From: the human T2T-CHM13v2.0 reference genome, Homo sapiens
Length of the DNA stretch: 64,000 nt
NCBI RefSeq assembly: GCF_009914755.1
Contig: NC_060930.1
Direction: 5' to 3' (one strand)
Under the pieces are notes generated by a model, which was not told the origin of the DNA, ran no database searches, and was given only the letters and a program-made list of their open reading frames with translations. This document shows positions 25,983-41,038 of the stretch, piece by piece; the stretch's first letter is position 1, and each line of letters opens with the position of its first letter. The position numbers and the translations under genes were made by a program.

Positions 25983-26161
25983 TTTTTTTTTTTATTATTA
26001 TTATGCTTTAAGTTTTAGGGTACATGTGCATAATGTGCAGGTTACATATGTACACATGTGTCATGCTGGTGTGCTGCACCCATTAACTAGTCATTTAGCA
26101 TTAGGTATATCTCCTAATGCTATCCCTCCCCCCTCCCCCCACCCCACAACAGTCCCCAGAG
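25983..26161 (-). mobile_element. Severely 5'-truncated primate L1PA 3' end with 18-bp TSD
   Basis: ttaagttttagggtacatgtgca...atgctatccctcccccctccccccaccccacaacagtccccagag; TSD tgttcacacagtttttct at 25965-25982 and 26162-26179. Confidence 0.93.
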
Positions 26162-26724
26162 TGTTCACACAGTTTTTCTCATACTCCCATCCTTATCACC
26201 ATTTTTTTTTTTTTTTGATGCTGTAGGTCTAAGTAAGTCTTACCACTATCTTCCACTGTGGCCTCTTGTAAAGAAAATTTCTAAAGAAGCCAGGGACATC
26301 CATGGGGATCTGTAGATCAGGAAGCAGTACTGGGAGTCACCCTCTGCCACATGGCTGCAAGGAGCTGGAGAAAGCATCTCCGCTCAGGGACGAGCTGATG
26401 CTTAAATGTATGAATTGGACCAAGGAGGTGAATGAGCAAAGTCTCCACATCACAAATCAATGGCACTCCTTAGATCACTGAGGCTTAGGAAACTTCCTGA
26501 GCTTGAAATGATCGTCATATGGTCATGAAAGAGTCATAGATAAAAAATCTGGTTTGTAAACTGTCACTTAAGCCCAAGGGCAGAGGAAATGGTGTCCTCA
26601 CCATGAAAGTTCAAGAGCTCATAACTAGCTCTTCTCCCATTCTGGTTTCAGTCCTGCTTTGTCATATTTAAGTCTGCAAGATTTTGCTCAGCTTCTGTGT
26701 GTGAGGCTTTGTTTGGTGAGCCAG

Positions 26725-26905
26725 AATGACCATTTACCAAGTATCTCCTAGTGCCCAGCACTGTGCTCTTGTAACACCCTGCAAGGCAGGCATGACTGCC
26801 CTTATTCTGTAGATAAGGAAACTATGAAGCAGGGAGGTGAAGGAGTTTATCCATGGTCAGTGCTAGTCAGTGGAGAGCTAGGATTCCAAACCAAGTCCAG
26901 TCTGT
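26725..26905 (-). mobile_element. MIR
   Basis: attctgtagataaggaaact...gagctaggattccaaaccaagtc. Confidence 0.7.
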
Positions 26906-28283
26906 TTCTTCTTCTGTGCTAGTGGTGTGAGGGAAGGATATGTGTAGGACTCAGGCCTGTGCTCAAGAGATCTAAGATTTAGCTTTGTAGAAGAGGTACA
27001 AATGATGAAAAGTTAACTAAGTAACAATGTAAGCAAGTCAACAATGGAAAAGCCATTGCAAGATTATATGAGTAGTTGTCAACTGAGAAATCCAGACAAG
27101 TTCAGGATAGGAGACTACTGAGGCTGAGGGGACTAGCAAGGGGGCCCCTTGAACACTTTTATCAGCACGCCTTGAGTGTCTGCTCTAGGTCAAGGGTTGC
27201 TTTGATACGATGGCTACTTTCGGAACTGTCACAAGGGTCCCTCCCAGGAACCCATCTCTGGTCTACTTTCGGCAGTGGTAATCGCTCCAGATACACAAAA
27301 CAGAAAGCAAGTGCCCATCACACCTGCCAGCAAGTGTTACAACAGGCAGAGGCTTTCTAAATACTGGCTTAGCCTCCATCTTGAGAAGGTGGCACTGTCT
27401 ACCCATTTTTAGGGACCATTTAAATTCATTCATTATACTCAGAAGGCAAATATTCAGGTACCAGTGAAAAGCTGTATGTTCATGAAACTGTGACCACAAG
27501 TCTGCATTGTTACTTACTTTTTGTTCTTAACAAATAAGGCTCTAATAATGGGAAAAAATAAGAGGGGGGTGGGAGGTGGAGAATTACACGCAAAACTAAC
27601 AACTCATAAAATGGTATTTTAAAAAGTAATGATCATAAAGTTAAAATGGAATGAAGTGGCTATAAATAGAAGAATAGTTCCAACTCACTGATGTTAATGG
27701 AGTTGCATCCCTCTGCTCTAAGCAGACCCATCTAGACTAAAATCCACTGGTCAGCAGTGGCCTCAAGGTATGAGAAACAAATGCAAAATATGGTGTTAGG
27801 GACAACTTGGGATAACAGTCTTGCATTTTGAATGAAAATATTTTGAATGCCTCATTTCGAAGAACATTTTTTCATTGCACTTAAATATGTAACTACCTGG
27901 TCTCATACTGTGCAATACTCATTCTGATACAGATGAGATGGGATCACACATTGGGGCCAGAATACAGTGTGCCATGTGGGGGCGAGACCTCGGAGAAGGC
28001 AGAAAGTTAACCCTCCAACCTCCCACAGACTGCTTCCTAGGAGGTGATGACCTCAGCTAGCAGTTGGCACATAGTTGGTTCAACCCTGAAAGAAATAAGG
28101 CCAGGGTACCGTGTCCGATGGTGCAAGTCAACATGCTGACAATGTGTTGAAATTTGACCCACTGTAACTATGACCCTTAATCCTTCATTACATTGGATTC
28201 TAACATATCATCTCTCTGCTGAAAGGAAGATGGGCTGATGAAAACTCAATTTGTAGAGAAAGTTTGGGCACTGTTTGCAAAGC

Positions 28284-28334
28284 TGGGGAGCTCAGTGTTT
28301 TGGGGAGCTCAGTGTTTTGGGGAGCTCAGTGTTT
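28284..28334. repeat. Perfect 17-bp x3 tandem repeat (tggggagctcagtgttt)
   Basis: Units at 28284, 28301 and 28318. Confidence 0.95.
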
Positions 28335-29077
28335 CATGAGACATCCATTTTGCTGCAGGACAGAGTTTATGAGGATACTTACAACAGTTCCATCTCTGGA
28401 CTATGATAGGGATGAGGCAGTCAGCCTTCAGGCATTTATTGAAAATAGGGTTTGAGGATTTTTGAGACTTGGAACATCATTCTCTATATAAGCTACATGA
28501 CTAAGGTGTCTCCAGTTGGTTTTGGCAGTATATACACATGGCTGTAGCATTGAGCCCATCTGCAGAAGGCTGATCAGATGAATCCGGAGGACAGGTGACT
28601 GCTCCCTGGGAGAGGGCTGGCACGCTTCTCAAGGTCCCTTAATCACAACTTCACAAAAAAGGGAAACTTACATCTTCAGCAACACCATGTACACTTTCCT
28701 GATGAAGCTGAATCTCTTACACACTGCAGGAACCAGGAAGATAAAGGTAATGAACCCCTGCCCAAGGGCTTTTTAAAACGCTAGACCACTGACAACCCCT
28801 CTGGGTTGTATTTGCACAGCAAGGCACTTGTCAAATGATGAAAGCAATGCTGGTGACAATTAACTCTCCCTTCCCACTCTCTTACTGCACTGCAACCCAC
28901 TCTGCAGGATGAAAACTGACTTAGTGATCAGGCATCACTCCTCATCTTAATTTTCTATAATTCATATCCACATTATCACATTCTTCTTCCAAAGCAGCAT
29001 GCTAGACATTTAGAAAGTATTTGTCAAATTAATTCACCTTACTATTTCAACAAAGCTTCTGGTTATTTTAGTATTAA

Positions 29078-29525
<448 letters not shown>

Positions 29526-29829
29526 ATTTTATTATGAATTTTAGATAGAGCTTATTTTGTGTTCTATTCCTAAGGTAATAATATAAAAACTAAATCAACA
29601 TTGAAATTGATTTATACATATATCATTTCATATGGTGGTTCTTTTAGCTAAAGAAAATCATTATTTGTCTTAGTGAATATGTCTTAAAACATAAACGGAG
29701 TGTCTTTTCTCTCCTGTGCAGGTTTGAACTTGGATCTGCAGCCATAATGTAAAAATCCTTCCCCTATTTGTAAGTTTTACTCCTGAGACTCTATCTGATC
29801 ATTCAGTCACTTATAATTTTTTTGTTTAC

Positions 29830-29965
29830 TAATTTTATTTTATTTTTTAGAGATGAGGTCTCACTATGTTGTCCAGGCTGGCCTCGAACTCCTGGGCTCA
29901 AGCCATTTTCCTGCCTCAGCCTCTCAAAGTGCTGGGATTACAGGCATGAGCCACTGTGTCCATCC
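29830..29965 (-). mobile_element. FLAM monomer
   Basis: Alu monomer consensus. Confidence 0.82.
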
Positions 29966-30019
29966 ATACTCATTTTTTCATTCTCCAACGATGTGCTAGG
30001 CACTCACTGTGTACTATGC

Positions 30020-30230
30020 AAGGTCTGGGGACTCCACTTTCTTGGATTCAAGTCTCAGCTCTGCTGTCTACCAGCTGTGTCACTTGGGCTGGTTACTTAA
30101 CCTTTCTGTGCTTTAGTTTCTCTATGCTTTAGTTTCTACAACTGTAAGACAGGGATACTGACAGTGCCTGCCTTATAGTAAAACCTTTGGAACAGGACCT
30201 GGCATTAAGTAACAACCAGTATTATTGCTG
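30020..30230 (+). mobile_element. MIR
   Basis: ggattcaagtctcagctctgc...ccagctgtgtcacttggg...ttacttaacctttctgtgctttagtttc. Confidence 0.75.
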
Positions 30231-30583
30231 TTGCTACAAATATGAATAAAACACCACCTTTTTCTCCAAGGAGCTAACAAGTGACTGGGGAGACAGATGT
30301 TCAATATAAATGTTTACAGTGTCACCTGAGTACGTAACAGAGGTATTTGCAGGATGCTGGGAGGACAGGGCTGGAGCAGTAACTGCTAAGGGAATTAGTG
30401 TAAGGCTACTTAGAGGAGGTAACACTTGCCAAGTGTTGAGGGCTGAGTTGAAGTTCTTCAGAATAAGTAAAAGAAAGGCATGTCTCACTCCCTCATCATC
30501 TTCCGGCTTTTCCTCAAACGCCATTTCCTCACTGAGACCTTTCCTGGTCCTCTATTCACAATTGCCCTCCCCTACCACAAAAC

Positions 30584-30757
30584 CAGAACTGGCTAGATGG
30601 TTTGCAGGGCCTAGTGCAAAATGAAAATGTTAGCCTCTTGTTCAGAGATTAAGAATTTCAAGTGACAAGAGAACATTAAACAAAGTGCAGGACCCCTCTG
30701 AGCATGGGGCCCTGTGCAATTAGTTGCACAGGTTTTATGCTCATGAAGCTGGCCCTG
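30584..30757 (-). mobile_element. MER45A-like hAT-Tip100 DNA element
   Basis: gggcctagtgcaaaatgaaaatg...aagaatttcaag...ggggccctgtgc...catgaagctggccctg. Confidence 0.75.
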
Positions 30758-30781
30758 TCAATAACACATGCATGCACAAGT

Positions 30782-30782
<1 letters not shown>

Positions 30783-30832
<50 letters not shown>
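30783..30832. repeat. (CA)~25 microsatellite
   Basis: Direct reading. Confidence 0.97.
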
Positions 30833-30835
<3 letters not shown>

Positions 30836-31439
30836 ACCTATTCCCTGCAGTTGAAATGGACTCCCTGATTTGAGGAGGGGGTGATGGCATCCCAGGGTGG
30901 AGGTCAAACAGTAGACCACCATTTGACTTCAACTTTGGGCTGAAAAACATGGTCAGCCCACCAAGGTACTTTTTGATTAGTAAAAAAAGGAAAATCATGT
31001 AGGCTCAGTGAGCAAAGGCCTGACTCGAATCCCCATGATAGAGAGTCATGACTTGAATCAGTTAACAGACTCAGACTCCCTGCAATTATTCTCAGGAATT
31101 CTTGAGGACAGACCCTACCATAACCCACATTTTTGCTATGATTTCTCCTGTCACAGGGTTTTCCGAAATGTACTTGTAGTTTTTTCCTAAATCATGACTC
31201 AATACAAACTTTTTAAATTAAAAAACACCTAAAAAAATTATTCAGAAACTGTTGAGGCCAGAACCAAAACTATTATCACTCTCTCTGTGCGTGTGTATCT
31301 CTGTAACACTACTTTAATACAACTTAACTACCTTAATACAAACATAACCGGAAAACTGAAATAGTCCTTACCAACTACTAATTTTGACTTCTATTATTTG
31401 ACTGAATTTTAGTTTGATGTTGTAAACTCATATGTTGGT

Positions 31440-31961
31440 TATTTACTATTGTCTCTCGGACTCACATCCACTTTTCTCATATTTCCCTCTTGCTGAGGCT
31501 GGGAGTTCAAAAACTCTTGTTTCCTAGGCTCTTTTGCTGGTTAACTTATTATCGGACCTGCCAACAGGTGCACAGGTGGGTGAGCTCAGAAGGTGGGAGG
31601 CATGAAGACGCTGTGGCTCCTTCTGTCTCTTGCTCTGTTTATCTTTCCTTTCTTGGCGGTGTGTTCTGGAAGTGGCTGCATCCCTGACTCTGTGGTGGAG
31701 TGTCCGGAAGGGGCTGTCTGCCCCACAGCTGCAGCTCCCGAGGCACCCGCCCCTCCACCATGCTCACAGGTCCCTTTCATCCCCTCCAGCCCTAGGAGTG
31801 GTAGATACTTTCTGCGGTCATTAATCATTAGGTTAGCTCTCCTTCCCTTTTCTGTTCTTCCAGTTTTCCAACACCTGTGTAACCAATTTCCTGTTTTATA
31901 GCCCCTCTATTTGAAACACCTGGCATGGTTTCTAGTTCCCTGACTTAACAATCCAATTTAC
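31440..31961 (+). mobile_element. LTR33-like (ERVL) solo LTR remnant
   Basis: Start tgtctctcggactcacatccac, internal agccctaggagtggtag, end gtaaccaatttcctg...ggtttctagttccctgact resemble LTR33 as recalled. Confidence 0.65.
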
Positions 31962-32070
31962 AGACAAGGAGGCCAAGGCCCAGAAAGGTGAAGGGATTTA
32001 CCCAAAGTCACAGGGCTGCCTGGCCAGGGCTAAACTCATGTCTTCCGACCGCAGAGTTCAACTCTCATGC
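31955..32070 (-). mobile_element. MIR fragment
   Basis: tttacagacaaggaggccaaggcccagaaaggtgaagggatttacccaaagtcaca. Confidence 0.7.
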
Positions 32071-34894
32071 TCCCTTTCTACCTGTTGCTGTTTCTCTGAA
32101 GTGAACTAGGAAAGAAATGCTATTTCATATGGAAACATGTTATTGTAAATTTTATTACTCTCTCTAAAATATTGTTTTATATAGCTCTATCCAAAGAAGT
32201 CTGGCCAATTGGATGCAGTACATCTTTTGGTATGCAGAAGGTGAATCTCATAATTGGTTCTATTTTTCCAGTGTCTGCATTCCTCCTGAAGGATGAAGAT
32301 AACTGCTGTGTCCCTTTCCTGCTCAATGAAACTCTGCAAATCCTACGAAGCCCTTTTACCACATGGGGATTTGGTAAATTATCAGGCCTAGCTAAGTATT
32401 GGTCCTTAGAATCTAGAAGACAAAGCAGAAATGCCCTTCTGGCGGGGTGCCACATGGCACCAGAGCTTTGTTCCACAGTGGAATGGCAGTCGGATGAAGC
32501 TGATGTCTAGGGGGAGCGTTACGTGTCCCCTCTCTGTGATAGTCGGCTCAGAATGGTTATGGGGCTATATAATGGCTGAAACTGCCCCTTAGGTATTTCT
32601 TTGGTTGTTTCAAGGTTGATGGGAACAGGAGAAGGTCCCAAAAGCAAACATTCCATATTGTCTTTCCTGAGAACTGGCGACACCTTGGGTATGTGGAACC
32701 TTCGTTTCAACTGGGTGGTTTTGCCCATCTCATCTCACCTCCTTCATATGTGGCGCTCATAATTTTCCCATTCAGGTATAGATGGTTATATTTCCTAGGT
32801 TAGTGACAGGCAAAAGTCATATATGATACAGATACAAGGAACTATATTCATATTTACCCTAAAAGCATACGGTGAAAACAGAAAATCTCCCTTCTGAAAG
32901 ATTATAAAATGAAGTTCACAGAATAATTTTTAAAAATCCAATTTCAATATAAGTGTAGGTCTTAAAATAGATATGAAATAGTAGTAATGTTTCACGTTTT
33001 TCAGTGTAAAATAAAAGTGAAAAGCATCCCACTCACTGGTAATGAAGTAGTAAAACCTGCATCAAGGTTTATGGTTTCATTCGAAAAACTGCCTCCAAAA
33101 GAAAATTATTTTTAAAAAGAAGATTTAGAAAAAATTACCTAATTTCCATTTTAAATGACCCTCTTCCCATTCCAGAAACCAGTGATTTTCCTAGGCGAGA
33201 ATTTCTTGACTCAAGGTCTGGTTTCACCCTCTCAACCCCTCTAGTCATTTCAAACCAACTATGAACCACTTGATCTTCAACCAGAAAATACAAAACATTT
33301 TTGAAGGCTTCCAGTGATGAGAAGTTTGGCCCCTCATTAGCACCTTCTAATGGTTCTTCATGTTAAGTTTCAGGAATGGAAGTTTTGGCTTAGTCAGTTA
33401 TGAGTTCTTACACCTTTCTTGTTACTCTCCTCTGAACCACACTGCCTGCGACTACACCCCTGGCAGATATCTGGATTGAATAAATGCTCCAATCATTGGT
33501 ACAGAGGACACACTATCACCTCTCTCTGTCTATATCCTATTTTCTAGAAATGCTCAGATTTCACTGTCACTTATTATTTACAATTAACATCTCTGAGCTT
33601 ATTTCCTCCCAGTATCTATTGATAAGCCATGTGTCCATTTTAACCTTGCAAAATCAAATTTTTGACCCAAGAGTGTGTACTTGTCTAGATACTCAGAAAT
33701 CATTCCTATTATAAAAACTACTATTCAGTCAAATTTTTAAAGATCCACTTTCTTCTCTTTGTTTTGCAAATTACGATGCAATTTCTGATCTCTAGTCTTT
33801 TGACACTTTCCTTAGCTCCACAGTCCCTGAAAGATTTTGACCATAGCAAGTTGTATCATAATCATATTATTCCCCCTGCAGTTTGGGGGCTTTACTTCAT
33901 CCAGTCTGGGAGCTTAGCATTTTCTTTTTGTTCATCTACCTAGGGCTTCCTTTCCCTTTTCCAAGTTTTTTCTCACTTTTCAGTCTTATGGTCATTCATT
34001 CAGTCATTCTCCTTGATGCACAATATAAAATTAACTCTGGGCTTTTTGCCATCCTCAGTACTACACAGTCAGCCCCAATGAGCAGCTGTTGGTTCCCTCA
34101 TCTTTACGCTCCAAAGAGAACCACAAATTCATTTTTGTTTTCTGTGGTCCTCTTCGAAAGGTCTCCACTCATTTTGGGCTTGAGTTTTCTTGAACGCCTT
34201 ATTTGTGGTTCCATACATGTTCCCATAGTTGTTCGTGTTTTTCCAGTGTTTAAAATAAAACTCTGAATGAAACACAACTGCTGGCACAATTTACCCTCCT
34301 TTTTCAAGAAAAGGGTCCTCATGTGAACTTTGTTTTGGACACTTCTAGCCCTCCTGAATCATCTTTCCCCACAGATGCATAATTTCTACCTTTTTCTTGT
34401 TAACATAAAAATCTGTTTAAAAATGTCTTGAACCCAAAATTATAAAACTCTAGAAGAAAACATGGGGGAAAAGCTTCATGTCATTGGACTTGGTAATGAG
34501 TTCTTGGATATGACACCAAAAGCACAAGAAACAAAAGCAAAAATGAACAAATGGGACTATATCAAACTTAAAATCTGATTCTATCAAAGGATACAATCAA
34601 AGTAAAAAGGCAACTCATGGAATGGGAGGGAATATTTGTAAATCATATACCTAGTAAAGGGTTGATATATAAAGAACCCCTATGTAAAGAACTCTCATTT
34701 AAAGAACTCCTACAACTCCCAACAGCAAAATATAAAATAACCCAACTAAAAGTAGGCAAAGGACTTGAATAGACGTTTCTCCAAAGACATACAAATAGCC
34801 AACAAACATATGAAAAGATGCTCAACGTCACTAATTAACAGAGAAATAAAAATTAAAACTACAATGAGATCTCACCTTACACCCACTGGGATGA

Positions 34895-35304
<410 letters not shown>

Positions 35305-35695
35305 TAGTGCAGCTGCTATGGAAAACAGTATGAAGGTTCCTTAAAAAATTACAAATAGAACTACCATATGATCCAGCAAACCCAGTTTGGGGGATATTTT
35401 CAAAAGAATCCAAAGCAGGGTCTTAAAGAGGTGTTTGTACACTCATGTTCACAGCAGCATTATTCACAATAGCCAAGAAGTGAAAGCAACCCAAATTTCC
35501 ATTCATGAGTGACTGGATCAACAAAATGTGGTAGATACATACAATGGACTCTCAGCCTTAAAAGGAAGAAAATCCTGTCACGTGTTCTAACATGGATGAA
35601 CCTTGAGGACATTACGCTAAGTGAATTAAACTAATCATAAAAAGAAACTTCTGTGTGATTCCACTTATATGAGGCATTGAAAAGTAGTCACATTC

Positions 35696-35909
35696 TCACA
35701 TGGACACAGGAAGGTGAATATCACACTCTGGGGACTGTTGTGGGGTGGGAGGAGTGGGGAGGGATAGCATCGGGAGATATACCTAATGCTAGATGACGAG
35801 TTAGTGGGTGCAGCGCACCAGCATGGCACATGCATACATATGTAACTAACCTGCACAATGTGCACACGTACCCTAAAACTTAAAGTATAATTAAAAAAAA
35901 AAAAAAAAA
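35696..35909 (+). mobile_element. 5'-truncated L1PA2-like 3' end with 17-bp TSD, nested in the older L1
   Basis: gggagatatacctaatgctagatgacGAGttagtgggtgcagcgcacc (GAG rather than the L1HS ACA/ACG); TSD gaaaagtagtcacattc at 35679-35695 and 35910-35926. Confidence 0.92.
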
Positions 35910-36578
35910 GAAAAGTAGTCACATTCATAGAAACAGAAAGTGGAATGGCGTTTATCAGGGGCTGGGGGAAGAAAAAGAGGGGGAGTTGTTTAATGAGTAC
36001 AGAGTTTTGGATTTTCCAAGATGAAAAAACTTTGGAGATCTGTTTCACAACAATGTGAATACTTAAGAGTATTGAACTTATTTAACACTACTGAACTGTA
36101 CACATAAACATGTATGGTAAATTTTATGTTATTTTTTTTAAAATCACAATAAAAAAGGTCTTGAAATATTTTGGACCGTACAAAATCTTCTTTGACTTCA
36201 TGTTCTTTAAGATGATACTGCCGCTTTCTTCTAAAGATCTTCTCATGTGTACTCTTATTAATTCCTTTTAGCCAGATTACGACCCGAATAGCAGTTCTAC
36301 CTTTGCATCTTCTACTTTCTGGAAGGTGGAATTGCCAATGTGGCAAATCAATAACCACTCAGGTATTCAACTACTGGTCGAGGAGAATTCTGGTAGCTAT
36401 TTGACCTAATTCTGTACATGGGAATAGGAACATGGAACCTTTAATTGTCCTGACAATAGGACCCATAAACTCCTACAATATCAATTTTGCTCCTCTCTCT
36501 TCTAATCTCCTAGTGCTCTTCAGAGGGCCCCTGCCCTATGTTTCTAGATTTGCTTACAGACCTTATTAGATGTAATTC

Positions 36579-36871
36579 TTTTTTTTTTGAGATGGAGTCT
36601 CACTCTGTCACCCAGGCTGCAATGTAGTGGCACAATCTCGGCTAACTGCAGCCTCCGCCTCCAGGTTCAAGCGATTCTCGTGCCTCAACCTCCCAAGTAG
36701 CTGGGATTACAGGCGTGTGCCACCACACCTGGCTAATTTTTTTGTATTTTTAGTAGAGAAGGGGTTTCGCCATGTTGGTCAGGCTAGTCTCGAACTCCTG
36801 ACCTCAAGTAATCCACCCGCCTGGGCCTTCTGAAGTGCTGGGATTACAGGCATAAGCCACAGTGACTGGCC
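36579..36871 (-). mobile_element. Alu (AluS-like)
   Basis: Full dimer. Confidence 0.94.
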
Positions 36872-38551
36872 TAGATATACTTTTGGCTCTGCTTGTCTTT
36901 CCAGTGGTTACATTTTTATTTTGAATATGGAATTCCTTCCCATAGCCATATTTCACTGTGATGTCCTTCTGCTTACCAGGTTACTTGGGTTCTCTGAGAA
37001 ATTCTATTTATCACTGTGGCAATAATCTCCAAGTCCATTTTTACATTACTCCTGCTTCAACCATGAATAGACATTGGAGACTGTAACTTCTTGATTTATC
37101 CCATGATTTACCAAATATTTTACTTTCCTACCAATATCAAACTTGCTGGGTTCTGACCTAATTGGTATTATGAGTTAAGCAAGATATTCTTCTCTCTTCC
37201 TCCCCACTCCATCACTTTCAATTGAAAGCATGTGCCTTGTACACCCTAGAGTCTCAATAACTATTAGTTGAACTAAACCGAGCTAGCCCTAGTACTGCCC
37301 ACTTGGGCAAGCAATTTGAATCCCTCTTTCACATGACAATCCATCACATATTTGAAGACATCTGTCATACCTGGTTAGGGAATTTTTTCTTCAAGAACTG
37401 AAGTCATATTTTCCACCTGAAATCAGAACTGAAGAACTGACAGATCACACGTCTCTTATGGAAAATATTATTTTCTTCTTGCCTCTGGAAGCAAGTAGCT
37501 TGACACACCACTAATCCTCCAATAGCCTTGAGAACCCAGGTGCTACCAGGGGAGGCCCACTGGTCTTTAGCAGGGAAAGCAATCTGACCTTGATACCTGC
37601 TGTCATTTGTCCCTTTCATTTGCAAAATAGGAATAAATAGGGACAAGCTGAAGACATGTAGGTAGTTAATATACTTGAAAGGCTTTTGAGAGAAAAGTAC
37701 TAAAAATTCTGAAGATGTATGTATCAGCTTCTCAAGCAGAGCCCTTTCCTTGGCAATAGAAATGGTGTTACTGTGGCTTACAGAAGGAATAAAGCTACAG
37801 AGTATGCCTTATCAGCATGGTTGATACAGCAGCAATGATAGTATTTCTACAGTCTTTAGTCTCTTTCATCTAAGTCCTTTACCAACCATCATGTAACAAG
37901 CTGAGATATGCTGACTGGGCTACTCAAAGCTGTACAGTAAGCTGGGATAAAAATCATACATGGAAACCAGACTTTTTGCCAAAGGGACGATACACTTCTG
38001 ATTTCTCCTCCCTTCTTGTGCTTCTGCAATGGGCTCTGCCAATGGAGAACAGTTAATGCTGATGCAATGCAGGCACCATCTGTGCTCTGTGAGGATTTAA
38101 ACAGCAGCCATTAACACAAAACCCCATATGTGAATTGGACAATGGCTGCCCTGAAGCTACAGGACTCTCAGATAGAACATACCACTCTGTAGCTTTTAGG
38201 GATGCAGAAATTGTTATGATCCAACACCCACGCCCCTGAATAAGAGCATGAAGTCAGGTTTGTCAGTCACCCACTTCCCCTCCCTGCTTCTTAACTGAGT
38301 TTGAATCTTTTCTATATGTTATTCCTGTCTGTCAAGGGAGGAAATGAAACGGGAGCCGATACCATCTATCAGCACAGCCATGGGTGCCATTTTTACCTGA
38401 AGCCATTGGGTTCTTGTCCTGAAGCTTCCCCCAGGACACCAGGGTTCCAGGCATATAAATGACATTGACAGTGACTGGGTGCAAGCCTTTGCTGGGAAGA
38501 GCAGTGTGTCCAGGACTTCAGGTTGCTGGGGCATGAAGGCAGGGTCCTATT

Positions 38552-38667
38552 TATTTTTAATTTTTGTAGAGTTAGGGGTCTCACTCTGTTGCTCAGGCTG
38601 GTCATGAACTTCTGGGCTCAAGCAATCCTCCTTCCTTGGCTTTCCAAAGTGCTAGGATTATAGGCCG
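38552..38667 (-). mobile_element. FLAM monomer
   Basis: Monomer; agggtcctattt repeated on both sides. Confidence 0.82.
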
Positions 38668-40350
38668 GTAGGGTCCTATTTTTGACAATGGTGTCATCTC
38701 TGGCAGCAGCAGAGATGCTGAGGCAGGGGAGAAAGAAATTTCTAACAATGACTGGTTGGTTGTGTCCAGTTTCTGTGGGGCTGAAACACGCTTTTCACAC
38801 CAACACAGGGGATGGTAAGAAAAGGAAGTAAGTCACAGGTGCTTCAGAATGGTACCTTGGAGGCTGTTCTGGGCCATCTATTTTGAACATGGCTTGGGAC
38901 TGTTATGAAAGACCTCATTATTTATAGCTCGTAACTGGGAAAACACCTTTTCTCCTAGAAATAAAGATATCCAAACTTCCTGAAAATGAACCTTTGGTTT
39001 TTGACAAATACCAAGTCTCAAGAACACCAGGTGTTCTTTTTCTGGGTGAATCAAACTATTTCTGAGTTTACCTTTAAGGATGTGAGTTAAAACACCTACA
39101 GCATCCCGGGTGTTCCAGTATTTGGATGGAATTTTAGTCACCGAGGTTGCAAATCAGAAACCTAAGAAACCTTAAGGAAAAATAAGCCCTCCAGTTTCCT
39201 TGCACTATTATAGCAAGAAATGTCTGGTTCATGGCAGGGAGGATTCATAGAGCTCATCCACAGTAGTTTAATGGCACCTTCCCAGAGAAGCGTAGCTTTG
39301 AAAACCTCAACTAAGCTAGCAGGTGTCTGGATGGCATCGTCATTTCTTTCTTTAACAAGCGTGGGAGGCCAGGGCTTAAGAATCTCTAGGTAGAGGCACC
39401 ATTGTGGTAAAAATACAGAGACTCAAAGCAAAAGGGAAAACTAATACTGCTTTTATATCCCACTTCTGTGCTCATGAACTCTCCTCTCTGTTGATGCCAT
39501 CTCTCCTCTCTCCTGCCCCTCCATGATCTCTCTGGATAGTCAATCAAAGGGAGGCTGGAGAGTCTCTGAGTTAATGCTTCTGACATGGACTATGTTTCAA
39601 GCAGCAACTCCCTGGTTTAGAAAGCAAACCTGATTCTCTCCTGCCTGGCCTTCCAAATTTCCCCCAAATCTACTCCCTTTTCAGTCTCATCTCCAGTTAT
39701 CCTCTTGATCCTGACTCCTAGCCTTTTCTTTGACTTACTAGCATTTGCCCAAGCCATGACCACTGCCTAGATGCACTGCTGACTCTACTTCACCAATTCC
39801 AACTGTAAAATTCCAACATATGAAAACTGTGGAGGACAGGGAAGATGGTATCCACCAATGTGGAATGAAAGGGCCAGGGGAAACCCTGGCAAAGGAGGTG
39901 GCAATTAAACTGGACCCTCCCTTCTATGACCTGGACAATCAGCACTTGCTTACAGACCATCAGTTTGGGCATTTAATCACAGGAGGGCTGTTTTGCGTTG
40001 TTATCTGAATATTCCACTGGACCTGTCTTGATTAGAAATTCCTCAAAGTCAAGGACCAAGTCTTACACTTCTTACATGTCCTCTGCATAAATTCTAATAA
40101 AATCTGTTAAAAATCTGCATTGTGATGAAAGTGTATTTTTTTAAGAAGGCAATAACATTACATGTTTAGAAAGAATTAACAAAAGTCCACGTTTTCATGC
40201 TAGTTGGATGACAGTATTTAAGAAAAGTTAAATTGATAAAACATCATTAGATCACAGAAAGGCTAAAGCCATAAGTATTTTGTGTACATATGAGGCATTT
40301 TGCATAAATGTTACTAAATAATCAATGCAAAAAATTTACTTGAGCATTCA

Positions 40351-41038
<688 letters not shown>

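Noticed and set aside
28284-28334. Direct repeats as a CRISPR-like array
   Set aside because: No spacers, eukaryotic context; simple tandem repeat
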